Shown here in pieces: positions 34,876-46,108 of a DNA stretch of 64,000 bases. The stretch lies in NCBI GenBank assembly GCA_963730555.1, contig CAVSSS010000013.1, positions 87,695-151,694 of the forward strand, written 5' to 3'. The notes beneath the pieces are model-generated. The model searched no databases, was not told where the DNA came from, and was given only the letters and a program-made list of their open reading frames with translations. Origin of the DNA: an uncultured Alphaproteobacteria bacterium (GTDB lineage Bacteria; Pseudomonadota; Alphaproteobacteria; Rhizobiales; Beijerinckiaceae). The translations under genes were made by a program, and so were the position numbers. Every line of letters begins with the position of its first letter. Position 1 is the first letter of the stretch.

Positions 34876-35111
34876 GCAATCTCAATGGCGTAGTTCTCGA
34901 CAATCGTGTTGGCGAGCAAACGCTCGCAAGCCTCGCTCAGCCTCCTGTGCGCGGCCGCCTGATCGTCGCCGTCGAGCTCGATGTCAAAAACCTTGCCCTG
35001 ACGCACGCTTGTGAGCCCGTCGACGGCCAGCCCCTTGAGCGCGCCCTCGATCGCCTTGCCCTGCGGATCCAGCACGCCCGACTTCAACGTCACGATCACA
35101 CGCGCTTTCAT
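34872..35111 (-). CDS. purS: FGAM synthase subunit PurS
   Basis: VLDPQGKA, VRQGK and LLAN..ENY motifs. Confidence 0.95.
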   Translation of the reverse strand: MKARVIVTLKSGVLDPQGKAIEGALKGLAVDGLTSVRQGKVFDIELDGDDQAAAHRRLSEACERLLANTIVENYAIEIA

Positions 35112-35133
35112 GGGGCGTAAGCTCCCGGCCCGT

Positions 35134-35598
35134 TCAGGCCGCATTCGAGGTCGGCGCCATCGTCAGAAGCGCGTAAAGCGCCGCTGGGTCCTTGGTCGCG
35201 CGCAATTGTGCGGCAACCGCGCCGTTGCGCAGTAGGCGGGCGCTCATCGCCAGCGCCTTGAGGTGGTCTGCTCCTGCTGCTTCCGGAGCGATCAGCATCA
35301 AAATGAGATCGACGGGAAGCGCGTCCGGAGCCTCAAAATCGATCGGGCGCTCAAGCCTGGCGAAGACGCCGAAAATCTGCTGGCATTTTGCCGGCTTGCC
35401 ATGCGGAATGGCGACGCCGTCGCCGACCCCGGTCGAGCCGAGCCGCTCGCGTTGCAAGATCGCATCCAAGATCTCACGCGCCGACAGGCCTGAGACCAGC
35501 GCGGCGCGCTCGCTCATCTCCTGCAGCGCCTGCTTCTTGCCGTTCACTCTCAGAGCAGCCAGCACGGCGTCGGGCCTGAGGAGATGCGATAATGACAT
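35134..35598 (-). CDS. ptsN: PTS IIA-Ntr
   Basis: RERLGSTGVGDGVAIPH motif; follows hpf. Confidence 0.94.
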   Translation of the reverse strand: MSLSHLLRPDAVLAALRVNGKKQALQEMSERAALVSGLSAREILDAILQRERLGSTGVGDGVAIPHGKPAKCQQIFGVFARLERPIDFEAPDALPVDLILMLIAPEAAGADHLKALAMSARLLRNGAVAAQLRATKDPAALYALLTMAPTSNAA

Positions 35599-35609
35599 GT
35601 TCGTCCTGA

Positions 35610-36200
35610 TTATAAAGCGCCCGGCGCTTCGCGACGGGCCTGGGGATCGAGCCAGCCGATCGCGCCGTCGCGGCGACGGTAGACAACATTCAGCCGGCCG
35701 CTGCCGGCATGCTGAAAGACAATGACTGGAGCCCCAGTGAGATCGAGTTCAGCGACGGCCGAGGCGACCGAAAGCGATTTGAGATCTTCTGTTCCTTCCG
35801 CCACAACGACAGGATCGAAGCCCCCGACGGGTTCTTCTTCTTCCTCGTGCGGCGATTCGATAAGATAGTTGGCAACCTTGCCCCGCGCATTCGCGGCGGA
35901 GGCTGTGGCGTGACCCTTGAGGCGTGTCTTGTAGCGCCGCAAGCGGCTTTCGATCTTGTCAGCCGCCCGATCGAAGCAACGGTAAGGCTCCTGCGCTCGG
36001 CCCTCCGCGTGCAAGCTCATTCCAGAGCTCAAACGCAAGGTGCAGTCCGAACGATAGCCGGAGCCTTCGCGCGTCATCACCACGTGGCCGCCGACGGAGC
36101 CGCTGAAGTAGCGAGCGACCGTCGCCTCAACTTTTTCCAGGACATGCTGACGCAAAGCTTCCCCGATGTCGAGGTTCTTACCCGATACCCTCAAGGTCAT
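35610..36200 (-). CDS. hpf: long ribosome hibernation factor HPF
   Basis: VSGKNLDIGEAL, LRRYK.RLK and NVVYRRRDG.IGW motifs. Confidence 0.93.
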   Translation of the reverse strand: MTLRVSGKNLDIGEALRQHVLEKVEATVARYFSGSVGGHVVMTREGSGYRSDCTLRLSSGMSLHAEGRAQEPYRCFDRAADKIESRLRRYKTRLKGHATASAANARGKVANYLIESPHEEEEEPVGGFDPVVVAEGTEDLKSLSVASAVAELDLTGAPVIVFQHAGSGRLNVVYRRRDGAIGWLDPQARREAPGAL

Positions 36201-36400
36201 CGAACGCTGGCCTTACCTTTCAAGCGCAACGGAGCCTACGACCCGCCGCTCCTTCGCGCTGCCCCCCGCGCGTTAATGTCTTCCCCTTCCCTTTGGCCTC
36301 GAGCGGTTCACCACCGACCGAGTCGCGGCTAGGGTTAGGAGCCTGCCCGGCGCATGTCAATCGTCATGTTAAATCGTTCATTTTAATACCAAAATCCAGA

Positions 36401-37970
36401 TTATGCCTCCACCGAAAGGGAATTGTGGCGGCGAACGCGAACGCGCGCCGTCGCCATCTTTATTTTGCGCCTTTCGACCGATGAAGGGATTCTCAAGCTG
36501 TCGCGATATTTAGCGACGGTGCGGCGCGCCACAAGGACATCCATCTTGCGCAGGCGTTCCACGATCACGTCGTCCGACAACACCTCGTCAGGGTCCTCGT
36601 CGTCGATCATCTGCCGGATGCGCTGGCGCACGGATTCAGCCGAATGGGGCTGCCCCGCTTCGCTCGACGCGATCGCCGCGGTGAAGAAATATTTCATCTC
36701 GAACAGGCCGCGCGGCGTCTGAATGAACTTATGCGCAGTCGCGCGCGAGACCGTCGAATTCGTGCACGCCGATCGCCTCGCCGATCATCTTCAGGTTGAG
36801 CGGCCTTAAGGCCGACACCCCCTCGAGGAGGAAGGAGTCCTGCCGGCGCACGATCTCGCTCGCCACGTTGAGGATGGTGCGCGCGCGCTGTTCGAGGCTC
36901 TTGGTCAGCCAGTTGGCCGCCTGCAATTGCGTGGAGACATATTGGCGGTCCTCGTCCCGTTTCGCGCCACGCCTGATCTCGGCGGCATAGACCTCGTTGA
37001 CGAGCACGCGCGGCAACGCCCGGGTGTTAAGTTCGACCCGCCAGCCGAAATCCGGCGCCGCGGTGACGTGGACGTCGGGAATCGCCGGCGCCGCGGGCGG
37101 GTCGCCGAAGGCGCGCCCTGGCTTGGGCTCGAGCCGCCGGATTTCGGCCAGCATGTCGCGCAGATCCTCGTCATCGACCCCGCAGACGCGCCGGAGCAGC
37201 GGAAAGTCGCGCCTAGCGAGGGCCGGCAAATTTTCGATGAACGTCTGCATCGCCGGGTCGAACCGGTCGCGCTCCTTGAGCTGAATGGCCAGGCACTCGG
37301 CGAGCGACCGCGCGAACACGCCTGTCGGCTCCAGGGTCTGCATCCGCAGGAGCACCGCCTCGACACGCTGGACGTCGGCGCCGAGCCGTTCGGCGATTTC
37401 GGCAAGCGAGCCGACGAAATATCCGATCTCGTCCAGCCCGTCGATCAGCGCTGCGCCGATCATGCGTTCGGCCGGATCGGGAAGCAGGATCGCGGCCTGA
37501 CGTTCAAGATGGTCGCGCAGCGATATGGATTCGGCGACGTAAGCCTCAAGGTCCGGGGCCTCGCCACCGTCGTGTCCGCTGCCTACGCCCGTCCAAGAAT
37601 GCGCGCTCAAGGCGTCGGCTGGCGCGGATTGAGACGGCGGCGCGGTCCGGTCCGCATCAAAGGCGTTATCGACTTCCGTGCCGAGATTGTCGGCGAGGCG
37701 CCCTGCGTCCGTCTCCAACGTTTGCATTGCCCAATCGCCAGGTTCGGCCGGCGGTTCGGCAAAGCCGCCGCCTTCGGACTCGGCCTGCTCGAGGCTGGGC
37801 TCCTCGCGCTCCTCCGCCCGCTCGAGCAGCGGATTGCTGGCCAATTCGCTCTCGATGAACTGGGTCAACTCCAGATTCGGCATCTGCAACAGCTTGATCG
37901 CCTGCAGAAGCTGCGGCGTCAGAACCATCGCCTGACTCTGCCGCAACGCCAACTTGGCCGAGAGCGCCAT
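36401..37970 (-). CDS. rpoN: RNA polymerase sigma-54 (apparent +1 frameshift at ~36759)
   Basis: TPQLLQAIKLLQ; one-base deletion restores HESTVSR; RpoN box ARRTVAKYR is in ORF 36401-36697. Confidence 0.95.
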
Positions 37971-38204
37971 ACGTACCGCCAGCCCCATTCACCGCATCAG
38001 ACCTGGGCCGCATTCGCAGTCCCGGCTCGTTTCTTTTGCTTATAGCGGGCGTCTCATAGCACGTTCTCGACGGTTGTCGAATGCAAGAATCGCGCCGCCC
38101 CCTCGTTCGACGGCCGGACGCAGCGACGGCCACCAATGTCATATTGCATATGTGGATTAACCGAATAACCACAGCGGTCGAAAATGGCGAAGGGTCAAAA
38201 ATTG

Positions 38205-38224
38205 ATATAAAGATTTGCTTATAT
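38205..38224. promoter_or_regulatory. candidate SahR operator upstream of ahcY
   Basis: ATATAAAG-ATTT-GCTTATAT near-palindrome resembling the recalled alphaproteobacterial SahR motif; ahcY is a known SahR target. Confidence 0.6.
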
Positions 38225-38293
38225 GTTTATTGCAGGTTTCCAACCCCGCTGATAAGAGACAGGCCGATCGGAGGAATAAGGACCTCGCCGCCC

Positions 38294-39721
38294 ATGACCA
38301 AGACCGCCACTTCGCTCGTGAGCAACCCGCACGACTACGCCATCGCCGACATCAAGCTCGCGGACTACGGCCGCAAGGAGATTGCGATCGCCGAGACCGA
38401 AATGCCGGGGCTCATGGCGACGCGCGCCGAATACGCCAAAAGCCAGCCGCTGAAAGGCGCACGCATCGCCGGCTCCTTACACATGACCATTCAGACCGCG
38501 GTTCTCATCGAGACCCTGAAGGCCCTCGGCGCTGACGTGCGCTGGGCGTCCTGCAACATCTATTCGACCCAGGATCACGCGGCGGCGGCGATCGCGGCCG
38601 GCGGCACGCCGGTCTTTGCGGTCAAGGGCGAGAGCCTCAAGGACTACTGGGACTATACCCACCGCATCTTCGAGTGGGCCGACGGCGGCTCGCCCAACAT
38701 GATCCTCGACGACGGCGGCGACGCGACGCTCCTCATCCACTTGGGCTCACGCGCCGAGAAGGGCGACACCAAATTTCTCGACACCGCCTCGAACGAGGAA
38801 GAGGAGGTGCTCTACGCGTCGATCAAGCAGCGGCTCAAGGCCAAGCCCGGCTGGTACGGCCAGAACGCCAAGTCGATCCGCGGCGTGACCGAAGAGACGA
38901 CGACCGGCGTCCATCGCCTCTACATCATGGCCAAGGAAGGCAAGCTCCTTTGGCCGGCAATCAACGTCAATGACAGCGTGACCAAGTCGAAGTTCGACAA
39001 TCTCTATGGCTGCCGCGAGTCGCTGGTCGACGGCATCCGCCGCGGCACGGACGTGATGATGGCGGGCAAGGTGGCGATGGTCGCCGGCTTCGGTGACGTC
39101 GGCAAAGGCTCGGCCGCATCCTTGCGCAACGCCGGCTGCCGCGTGATGGTTTCCGAGGTCGATCCGATCTGCGCGCTTCAGGCTGCAATGGAGGGTTACG
39201 AAGTCACCACGATGGACGACGCCGCGCCGCGCGCCGACATCTTCGTCACCGCCACGGGCAATGTCGACGTCATCACGCTCGACCACATGCGCGCGATGCA
39301 CGACCGCGCCATCGTCTGCAACATCGGCCACTTCGATTCGGAGATCCAGGTCGGGAGCTTGCGCAACTACAAGTGGAGCAACGTCAAGCCGCAGGTAGAC
39401 GAGATCGAGTTTCCGGACGGCAAGAAGATCATCCTTTTGTCGGAGGGACGCCTCGTCAATCTCGGCAATGCGATGGGCCACCCCTCGTTCGTGATGTCGG
39501 CCTCGTTCACCAATCAGACCCTGGCGCAGATCGAGCTCTTCACCAAGCCCGGCCAATATGACAAGCAGGTCTACACCCTGCCCAAGCACCTCGACGAGAA
39601 GGTCGCTTCGCTGCATTTGGCGAAGATCGGCGCCAAGCTCACCAAGATGACGCCGGAGCAATCGAAATATCTTGGCGTCCCACAGGCCGGACCGTTCAAG
39701 GCGGAAACCTACCGGTATTGA
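38294..39721 (+). CDS. ahcY: adenosylhomocysteinase
   Basis: [26 protein letters not shown] and GHPSFVMS motifs. Confidence 0.98.
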   Translation: MTKTATSLVSNPHDYAIADIKLADYGRKEIAIAETEMPGLMATRAEYAKSQPLKGARIAGSLHMTIQTAVLIETLKALGADVRWASCNIYSTQDHAAAAIAAGGTPVFAVKGESLKDYWDYTHRIFEWADGGSPNMILDDGGDATLLIHLGSRAEKGDTKFLDTASNEEEEVLYASIKQRLKAKPGWYGQNAKSIRGVTEETTTGVHRLYIMAKEGKLLWPAINVNDSVTKSKFDNLYGCRESLVDGIRRGTDVMMAGKVAMVAGFGDVGKGSAASLRNAGCRVMVSEVDPICALQAAMEGYEVTTMDDAAPRADIFVTATGNVDVITLDHMRAMHDRAIVCNIGHFDSEIQVGSLRNYKWSNVKPQVDEIEFPDGKKIILLSEGRLVNLGNAMGHPSFVMSASFTNQTLAQIELFTKPGQYDKQVYTLPKHLDEKVASLHLAKIGAKLTKMTPEQSKYLGVPQAGPFKAETYRY

Positions 39722-39728
39722 GGGGCCG

Positions 39729-40019
39729 TTACTCCTCCGGCGGCGCGAGCCGCGCCATCTCAGCGTCGAAGGCGAGGCGGTATTGCGCGGCCTCGTCCTC
39801 CGGAAGCCAGAGGGTCATCTGCGGATAGATGAGCCGGTAGAGCGAGAGCTGGCTCGATTCCCAAGGAATGGTTTCCGCCGCGCGAGCCTCGGCTAGAAGT
39901 TTCTCCAGCCGCGCCCGCACCTTATCGAGATTTGGCCGGTAGACGGGCGCAGCAGGAGCGTTGAACAGTTCGCCCTGTTCGGTTTGCTCGAAAAGGTCAG
40001 CGGTCTTGACGCGCGCCAT
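39729..40019 (-). CDS. small hypothetical protein downstream of the type ISP fragment
   Basis: 96-aa ORF with GGAG RBS and host-like codons; N-terminal ADLF and QGELF. Confidence 0.7.
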   Translation of the reverse strand: MARVKTADLFEQTEQGELFNAPAAPVYRPNLDKVRARLEKLLAEARAAETIPWESSQLSLYRLIYPQMTLWLPEDEAAQYRLAFDAEMARLAPPEE

Positions 40020-40108
40020 TGCAACTCCGGCTGGCTCCGAAAACGAATCGGTTCAATCTTGCCGGAAGTCCCCGGCGCAGGCGAGGCGCCGGGGCGCGTT
40101 ATCCCCAT

Positions 40109-41409
40109 TCACGGAAAAGCGGCGCGATAAGCGTCGTCAATCTTCGCCATCTGGTCGATGGTGAAGGCGAGCGCATCCGCGACTTTGGCGACATGGTCGA
40201 TCTCGTCCAGCGACAGCTTCCGGCCCTTGCGGGATTTGAGGTATTTGTCGAGGACCTGATAGCCGCCGATGTGAAAGTTCCAGACAGGCGTCGGCACAGG
40301 TTGAAAACTCTGGGTCTTGTTGATGGCAATGGACTGCTCGGCCTCCGAGTAGCGCACGAACTCGACCGCGTGATCGCCTTTGCCGTGATAGGCGGCGAGG
40401 TTGCGGCGTGGAAGGCTGCGCAGGAGATGCGCTTCGACCAGCGCCCAGCCGAGGCGCGATAGCTCTTCGAAATCCTCCGCGTGTTCCGGGAAAGGAATGC
40501 GCGGAAAGTCGATGCGAAGGAATTCGGCATAGATAGAACGGTAACTTGGTACCCACAACACAGAATAAATAAACCCAACAATCTCTTCGGAGCTATAGTG
40601 ATGAGGGTAATGACTGTCAATAAACGCATGAAATTCGGTCGAAATATTTTCTGTATTGTTCGAGGAGGAATCAAATAGAAAGACCGGAAAGCAGTAATTT
40701 GCTTCACTGGACGCGTCAGAAACTAAACAATCATTGGCGGGGGCGGTCGCAATAAAGCCATGGCGCCAATCACCAGTGCCAATCTGCCTTGAAACCAAGA
40801 GCTGCAAGTTCCTTTTATTGAGTACATGATCAATAAGTTCGCGCCTCGGGTAGTCCATAAACTCGGTTCCGAAGAAACAGGCGCGATTATCGAATGGACG
40901 AAACGCGCATTCTATCAGGCGGCCTTGAATCTGCTCATTAGCAAGTCCTTGGATCGCCTTGCGTGAATCATTCAGCTTCCAGTCCCGGTTATCTTTGATT
41001 TCGTATCTCTCGCGAATGCTCCGGTCCGAGGTCCGTATGTCGCGCATGTCGTCTATTCGCCGTTTCATCTCCTTCTTGTCGAACCAATTGCGAAATGGTC
41101 GCGATGCGTCTGAAACCCGAGCACATCGACCAGAAAAATTTGTTTCTTTTGGCCCTCGGGATTCAAAGTGTCCGATATCGGCCAACCTTGGACGTAATCG
41201 TCCCAACCGGTCCAGTTCAAGGGCCGGCACATGTAATAGGGGGCAACGCAGTGGGTTGAGCGCCAGTCAACTCTGTCGAATGACGACTCGGCGCAGACCT
41301 GATATTTTTCGAGGCGAGTCCCCCAAATCTCTGCGAACAATATTCGCCGTGGCAGTTTCGAACTTTTTATCAAGAGTGTAACAGCTACACCATGCTTCGA
41401 AGACGTCAT
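40109..41409 (-). pseudogene. C-terminal specificity region of a type ISP-like restriction-modification enzyme (5'-truncated, frameshift ~41082)
   Basis: GVAVTLLIK, GFQTHRDHF, FRPFD, YAEFLRIDFPRIP and WNFHIGGYQVLDKYLKSRKGRKL motifs; no MTase motifs upstream. Confidence 0.82.
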
Positions 41410-41827
41410 GCATCGAATCCGCTCCGCTGCGACTGACGATTCATACTACAAACCGCGCCGCGGCTTGTACTCCCACTGATTGGGAGAGGGAGCCCGGCGT
41501 CGGTTAGTCCGCCCGGCGGCGACGCAGACCGGTGATAGCATCGCCGGGGCGAATATCCGTTTCCGCCGGTGATTGTGGGAGCATCGGCTTATTCCCAGTG
41601 ACCAGTCGAAATTTTTCGCGTAACTGGAGGGGTAGCAATTTGCTTGCACTAAACAGAAACCTATGCTATAAGTTTCCTTCGTTGCCAAACCGACCTGCGC
41701 GCCCCTGACAAAGGCCAGCAGACCGAAGAGGTGAAAGGAGCGGACGTCGTTTGCGGGAAGTTCTCAGGCGGGAGCAGAAATCTTACACCAACCCGTCGTA
41801 GCCCATTGAAAAGTCTAGATTCTAAAA

Positions 41828-41879
41828 AATAAACGCTAGTAAACGCTAGCAAATTTACTGACGCTTACTAACGTTTATT
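41828..41879. repeat. 52-bp imperfect palindrome built from 10-bp tandem units
   Basis: AATAAACGCTAGTAAACGCTAGCAAA followed directly by its approximate reverse complement. Confidence 0.7.
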
Positions 41880-41939
41880 GGTGTTTTACCCGCGTTTATT
41901 CGCGCTTAAGCCGCAACGGGACAGGCGCGTCCGGCGCCC

Positions 41940-42683
41940 TCAACCTGCCGCGAGTCGCTCATCGAGACGCGCGCGCCAACCCTCCGGGTCATGCGCCGGC
42001 GTGGCAAACTGGGCGCGGGCGGCGCGGCCGCCTGCGGCGAGGTCGAGGCCCTCGGCGTCGAGCCCAATCGCCCGCCAGCCCCCGGGACCCGGAGCCCGGG
42101 GGGCGGCTTTGTGTCCCGCGAGGCGCGCGAGCAGGGGCGCGCCAAGGGCATTGGCCTCGGCGAGGAGCCGCTCCTCGGCTTCGGCCAATGCGGCTTCGCC
42201 GTCGCGCGGGACGAGGACCTCGGCCGCGGTAAGCGGGGCGGCCCTGCCGAAGCCGCCGTTGAAATGCACGTCTTCGATCCGCAGCTGGTATATGGCGAAA
42301 TCGGCGAAACTCGCATAGAGGCCAGCCTTGGGATTGCGCTGTAAATACCGGACCTTGGCGCGCTGTGCTGCCGTTTGCTCGATCCGTCCGCTCAATGTGA
42401 CGCGCGGATGGTTGAGCGGGTCGCCGCGTTCATGGGCGCCGGTCAACAGGAGGGAGGCGCGCGGGTCGCTGGCGAGGTTGCGGGTGTGGCGCGACAGCGT
42501 CGACATGAGGAACAGGGGCGCGCCGTCGAAATCGCTGGCGACACCGACGAGCGTGGTGAGGGGCGCGCCTCCCGTCGCCTCGAGCGTCGCCAGTGCGCCG
42601 GTGCGGGCGAGGCGCATCAGACGCTTCGCGTCGGCGACGGCCGCGGCATGGGCCGCATTGGGATCAACGGGGGCGCTCGCCAT
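41940..42683 (-). CDS. HugZ/pyridoxamine 5'-phosphate oxidase-like protein
   Basis: STLSRHTRNL..DPRASLL, FADF and GGFGRA motifs. Confidence 0.88.
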   Translation of the reverse strand: MASAPVDPNAAHAAAVADAKRLMRLARTGALATLEATGGAPLTTLVGVASDFDGAPLFLMSTLSRHTRNLASDPRASLLLTGAHERGDPLNHPRVTLSGRIEQTAAQRAKVRYLQRNPKAGLYASFADFAIYQLRIEDVHFNGGFGRAAPLTAAEVLVPRDGEAALAEAEERLLAEANALGAPLLARLAGHKAAPRAPGPGGWRAIGLDAEGLDLAAGGRAARAQFATPAHDPEGWRARLDERLAAG

Positions 42684-42948
42684 GGCGGCCTTGACGCTTC
42701 GGAGGGATTGGAGTGAGACCTATGCAGGGTCGAGCGGTCAAGAGCGATTTGGCGCCCGGATTGCGCCCAATTCCGATTGCTGGCCAATGCCTGCAACGTC
42801 ATGGTAATCTTGCACAATTCGCCGGGCGTCCCATCTGTGGTCGGTCGGATGCGAGGATCGCCCTCCTCGGAACACATTCAATCGATCAATGGTTTCGACT
42901 TTGAGCCAGCCAGCCCAAGAGGCCGCAACAGACAAAAACGGGAGCTTC

Positions 42949-43647
42949 ATGCCCACAATCGCGCTGGTCGACGACGACCGTAACATACTGACTTCCGTCT
43001 CATTGTCGCTTGAGGCGGAGGGATATCGGGTGCAGACTTACACCGACGGCGCCAGCGCGCTGGAAGGCGTAAAAGCCAATCCGCCCGATCTCGCCATTTT
43101 CGACATCAAGATGCCGCGCATGGACGGAATGGAGCTCCTGCGACGCCTGCGACAGAAGTCCGATCTGCCGGTCATTTTCCTGACTTCGAAGGACGAGGAG
43201 ATTGATGAATTGTTCGGGCTGAAGATGGGCGCCGACGATTTCATCCGAAAGCCTTTCTCGCAGCGCCTTCTCGTCGAGCGGGTGAAGGCGATCCTTCGAC
43301 GCTCCAATCCCAAAGATGCGGCGACCCAAAAGGAGACCGAAGCCAAGATTCTCGAACGCGGCCGATTGAAGATGGATCCCGAGCGTCATACGTGCACTTG
43401 GGACAATACTGCGGTGACCCTGACGGTCACCGAGTTCCTCATTCTCCAAGCGCTGGCGACCAGGCCGGGCGTGGTCAAGAGCCGCAATGCTCTGATGGAT
43501 GCGGCTTATGACGATCAGGTATATGTGGACGACCGCACCATCGACAGCCACATCAAGCGGCTGCGAAAGAAGTTCAAGGTGGTCGAGCCGGATTTCGAAA
43601 TGATCGAGACCCTCTACGGCGTTGGCTACCGATTTAAGGAAGGGTAA
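42949..43647 (+). CDS. chvI: response regulator ChvI
   Basis: [17 protein letters not shown] and [16 protein letters not shown] motifs. Confidence 0.96.
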   Translation: MPTIALVDDDRNILTSVSLSLEAEGYRVQTYTDGASALEGVKANPPDLAIFDIKMPRMDGMELLRRLRQKSDLPVIFLTSKDEEIDELFGLKMGADDFIRKPFSQRLLVERVKAILRRSNPKDAATQKETEAKILERGRLKMDPERHTCTWDNTAVTLTVTEFLILQALATRPGVVKSRNALMDAAYDDQVYVDDRTIDSHIKRLRKKFKVVEPDFEMIETLYGVGYRFKEG

Positions 43648-43664
43648 GCGACTCGGCCGGGACA

Positions 43665-45515
43665 ATGAGCGCCGAAACGCAGGTTCAACATCGCCTTTCG
43701 GCTCATGCGGCTCGCGGGAGACTCCGTTGGCTGCGAGCGCGCTCGCGCGTCGCTTGGCGATTTCTGACAGCGCGATTTTCGTCGTCGCTCACCCGGCGCA
43801 TCGTCGTCCTCAATCTCGGCGGCCTCGTCGTGCTCGTGGTCGGCTTTCTGCTCCTCGACCAGTTTCGCGCCGATCTGATCGCGGCGCGGATCCAAAGCCT
43901 CACAATTCAGGCCGACATCATCGCCGCCGCGATCTCAGCTTCGGCGACAGGAGACACCGATTCGATCACCATCGATCCGGACAAGCTGCTGCAACTGGCG
44001 CCGGGCGAAAGCGTGGCGCCATCGCCAAGCGATGAGGACGCGACGCAGTTCTCCATCAATCCGGCTCTTGTTGGGCCTTTCCTGCATCGGCTGGTCACAC
44101 CGACGCATACACGCGCGCGTATCTACGACAGCGACGGCCGGCTTCTCCTCGATTCGCGATCGTATTCAGCGCGCGGCGCGGTCGTGCGCTCAGATTTGCC
44201 AGATGTTTCGGAACACCGCGGATTTGCGGATTGGATCGTCGCCCATCTGCGCAGTTTGTTTCTGGCTTCCACCGCTCCGCGAGCCGAAGACCCGTGGGCG
44301 ACCAATGGCCAGACTATGCCGGAGGTTGCAGGCGCGCTCCAGGGCAAAACGCAATCTCTAGTGCGCGTCAACCACGCGGGTGAAACGATCGTGTCTGTCG
44401 GAGTGCCGATCCAGCACATGATGGCGACCCGCGGCGCGCTGCTGCTTTCTACCCAGGGCGGTGATATCGACCGTGTGATCACCTCCGCGCGTTTGGCCCA
44501 ACTGCGCTTCTTTTTGGTGCTCGCTGTCGTGATGTTGGTTCTGTCCCTCTCGCTCGCCAACACAATCGCGGAGCCTGTGCGGCGGCTCGCCGACGCGGCG
44601 GAACGCGTGAGGCGCGGCATCCGATCGCGCCAGCAGATTCCCGATTTCACTGCGCGATCGGACGAGATCGGTCACTTGTCTCGGGCGCTGCGCGATATGA
44701 CGCGAGCGCTTTATAATCGTCTGGACGCGATTGAGAGTTTCGCCGCCGATGTCGCGCACGAGCTCAAGAATCCGTTGACGTCGCTGCGCAGCGCGCTGGA
44801 AACTTTGCCGAGAGTGAGCACCGGTCATTCGCGCGATCGCCTTATCGCCATCATGCAACATGACGTGCGGCGGCTCGACCGATTGATCAGCGACATCTCG
44901 GACGCCTCCCGGCTCGATGCGGAGCTGGCGCGAGGAGAAGCGGGCCCGGTCGATGTCGCCGCTCTTCTGCGCGCGGTCGTGTCGATGGCGCAGGATTCTT
45001 CGCGTGGCGTCCGAGTCGAATTGTCCATCCCGGTCCGGCGCGGCAAGACCGCTAGCACCGACTATTTTGTCCTGGGCCACGATTCCCGGCTTGCTCAGGT
45101 CGTCACCAATCTCATGGACAACGCCTGCTCGTTTTCGGAACCCGGCGGGGTTGTGCGCGTTGCGCTCGAGCGGACGACCGCTCGAAGAGAGCCGGAAGGC
45201 AAGCAATTCTTCGATCAGGTTGTCATAACTGTCGATGATGACGGGCCCGGCGTCCCGCCGCATGCGCTCGAACGCATTTTCGAGCGATTTTATACGGACC
45301 GGCCAAACCAAGGCTTTGGCCAGAATTCGGGTTTGGGTCTGTCGATTTCGCGCCAAATCGTTGAAGCTCACGGCGGTCGCATTTGGGCCTGCAACCGGCC
45401 GGCCGAATTGGCCGGCGTTCGCGTCGGGTCGCCGGAAGGCGACAATTCGGATGAAGTGACGCGGCACGGCGCGGGCGCGCGCTTTGTCGTCGAACTTCCC
45501 GCGTTTTCGGCATGA
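43665..45515 (+). CDS. chvG: sensor histidine kinase ChvG/ExoS
   Basis: SSLTRRI, FAADVAHELKNP and FYTDRP..FGQNSGLGL motifs. Confidence 0.95.
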   Translation: MSAETQVQHRLSAHAARGRLRWLRARSRVAWRFLTARFSSSLTRRIVVLNLGGLVVLVVGFLLLDQFRADLIAARIQSLTIQADIIAAAISASATGDTDSITIDPDKLLQLAPGESVAPSPSDEDATQFSINPALVGPFLHRLVTPTHTRARIYDSDGRLLLDSRSYSARGAVVRSDLPDVSEHRGFADWIVAHLRSLFLASTAPRAEDPWATNGQTMPEVAGALQGKTQSLVRVNHAGETIVSVGVPIQHMMATRGALLLSTQGGDIDRVITSARLAQLRFFLVLAVVMLVLSLSLANTIAEPVRRLADAAERVRRGIRSRQQIPDFTARSDEIGHLSRALRDMTRALYNRLDAIESFAADVAHELKNPLTSLRSALETLPRVSTGHSRDRLIAIMQHDVRRLDRLISDISDASRLDAELARGEAGPVDVAALLRAVVSMAQDSSRGVRVELSIPVRRGKTASTDYFVLGHDSRLAQVVTNLMDNACSFSEPGGVVRVALERTTARREPEGKQFFDQVVITVDDDGPGVPPHALERIFERFYTDRPNQGFGQNSGLGLSISRQIVEAHGGRIWACNRPAELAGVRVGSPEGDNSDEVTRHGAGARFVVELPAFSA

Positions 45516-46013
45516 GTGGCGCCGCTTTGGCCGGGAGACAGAAGCCTCCATGCGACGGCCGTGGTCCATGGCGAAAGCGGCGTTTTGATTCTCGGGCCGT
45601 CAGGTTCAGGCAAAAGTGCGCTGGCGCTGGCGCTTATGGCGTGCGCGAGCGCGACGGGCGCGTTCAGCGCGCTGATCGGGGACGACCGGATTTTTGTGAG
45701 CGAGGCTCACGGTCGCCTTATCGCTCGGGGAGCGGCTAATATGGCGGGCGTCATCGAGCGCCGAACGGCGGGTCTGATCACAGTCCGACACGAGCCGGCG
45801 GCCGTCGTGAGGCTGGCGGTAGAACTCTGCGAGCGCGGGCGGCGATGGCCGAGAATGCCCGATGACAACCAGGGTCTTATCGTTGGCGAGGTCACGCTCC
45901 CGCGTCTGGCGCTTGATTCCGACCTGAGCGTCTGCGATCAGGCGCTCGCTGTCGATGAGCGATTGGCTGTTTTGACAGCGGAAGGAGCCGACGAGATTGG
46001 GAATTTCGCTTGA
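45516..46013 (+). CDS. hprK: short HPr kinase/phosphorylase
   Basis: HATAV, GPSGSGKS and IGDDR motifs; follows chvG. Confidence 0.88.
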   Translation: MAPLWPGDRSLHATAVVHGESGVLILGPSGSGKSALALALMACASATGAFSALIGDDRIFVSEAHGRLIARGAANMAGVIERRTAGLITVRHEPAAVVRLAVELCERGRRWPRMPDDNQGLIVGEVTLPRLALDSDLSVCDQALAVDERLAVLTAEGADEIGNFA

Positions 46014-46108
46014 ACATTGCGCCGCAGTGCACAAAAGTGGGTGGCCAAAGAATTCGCCGCCGGCCTGATTGGCGCCGGAATGTGAGCCGATCGACTGATG
46101 GATAATTG

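Noticed and set aside
38081-38293. SAH or SAM riboswitch, or N-terminal extension, before ahcY
   Set aside because: No riboswitch consensus recognised; the AT-rich region reads as a promoter with a SahR-like palindrome.
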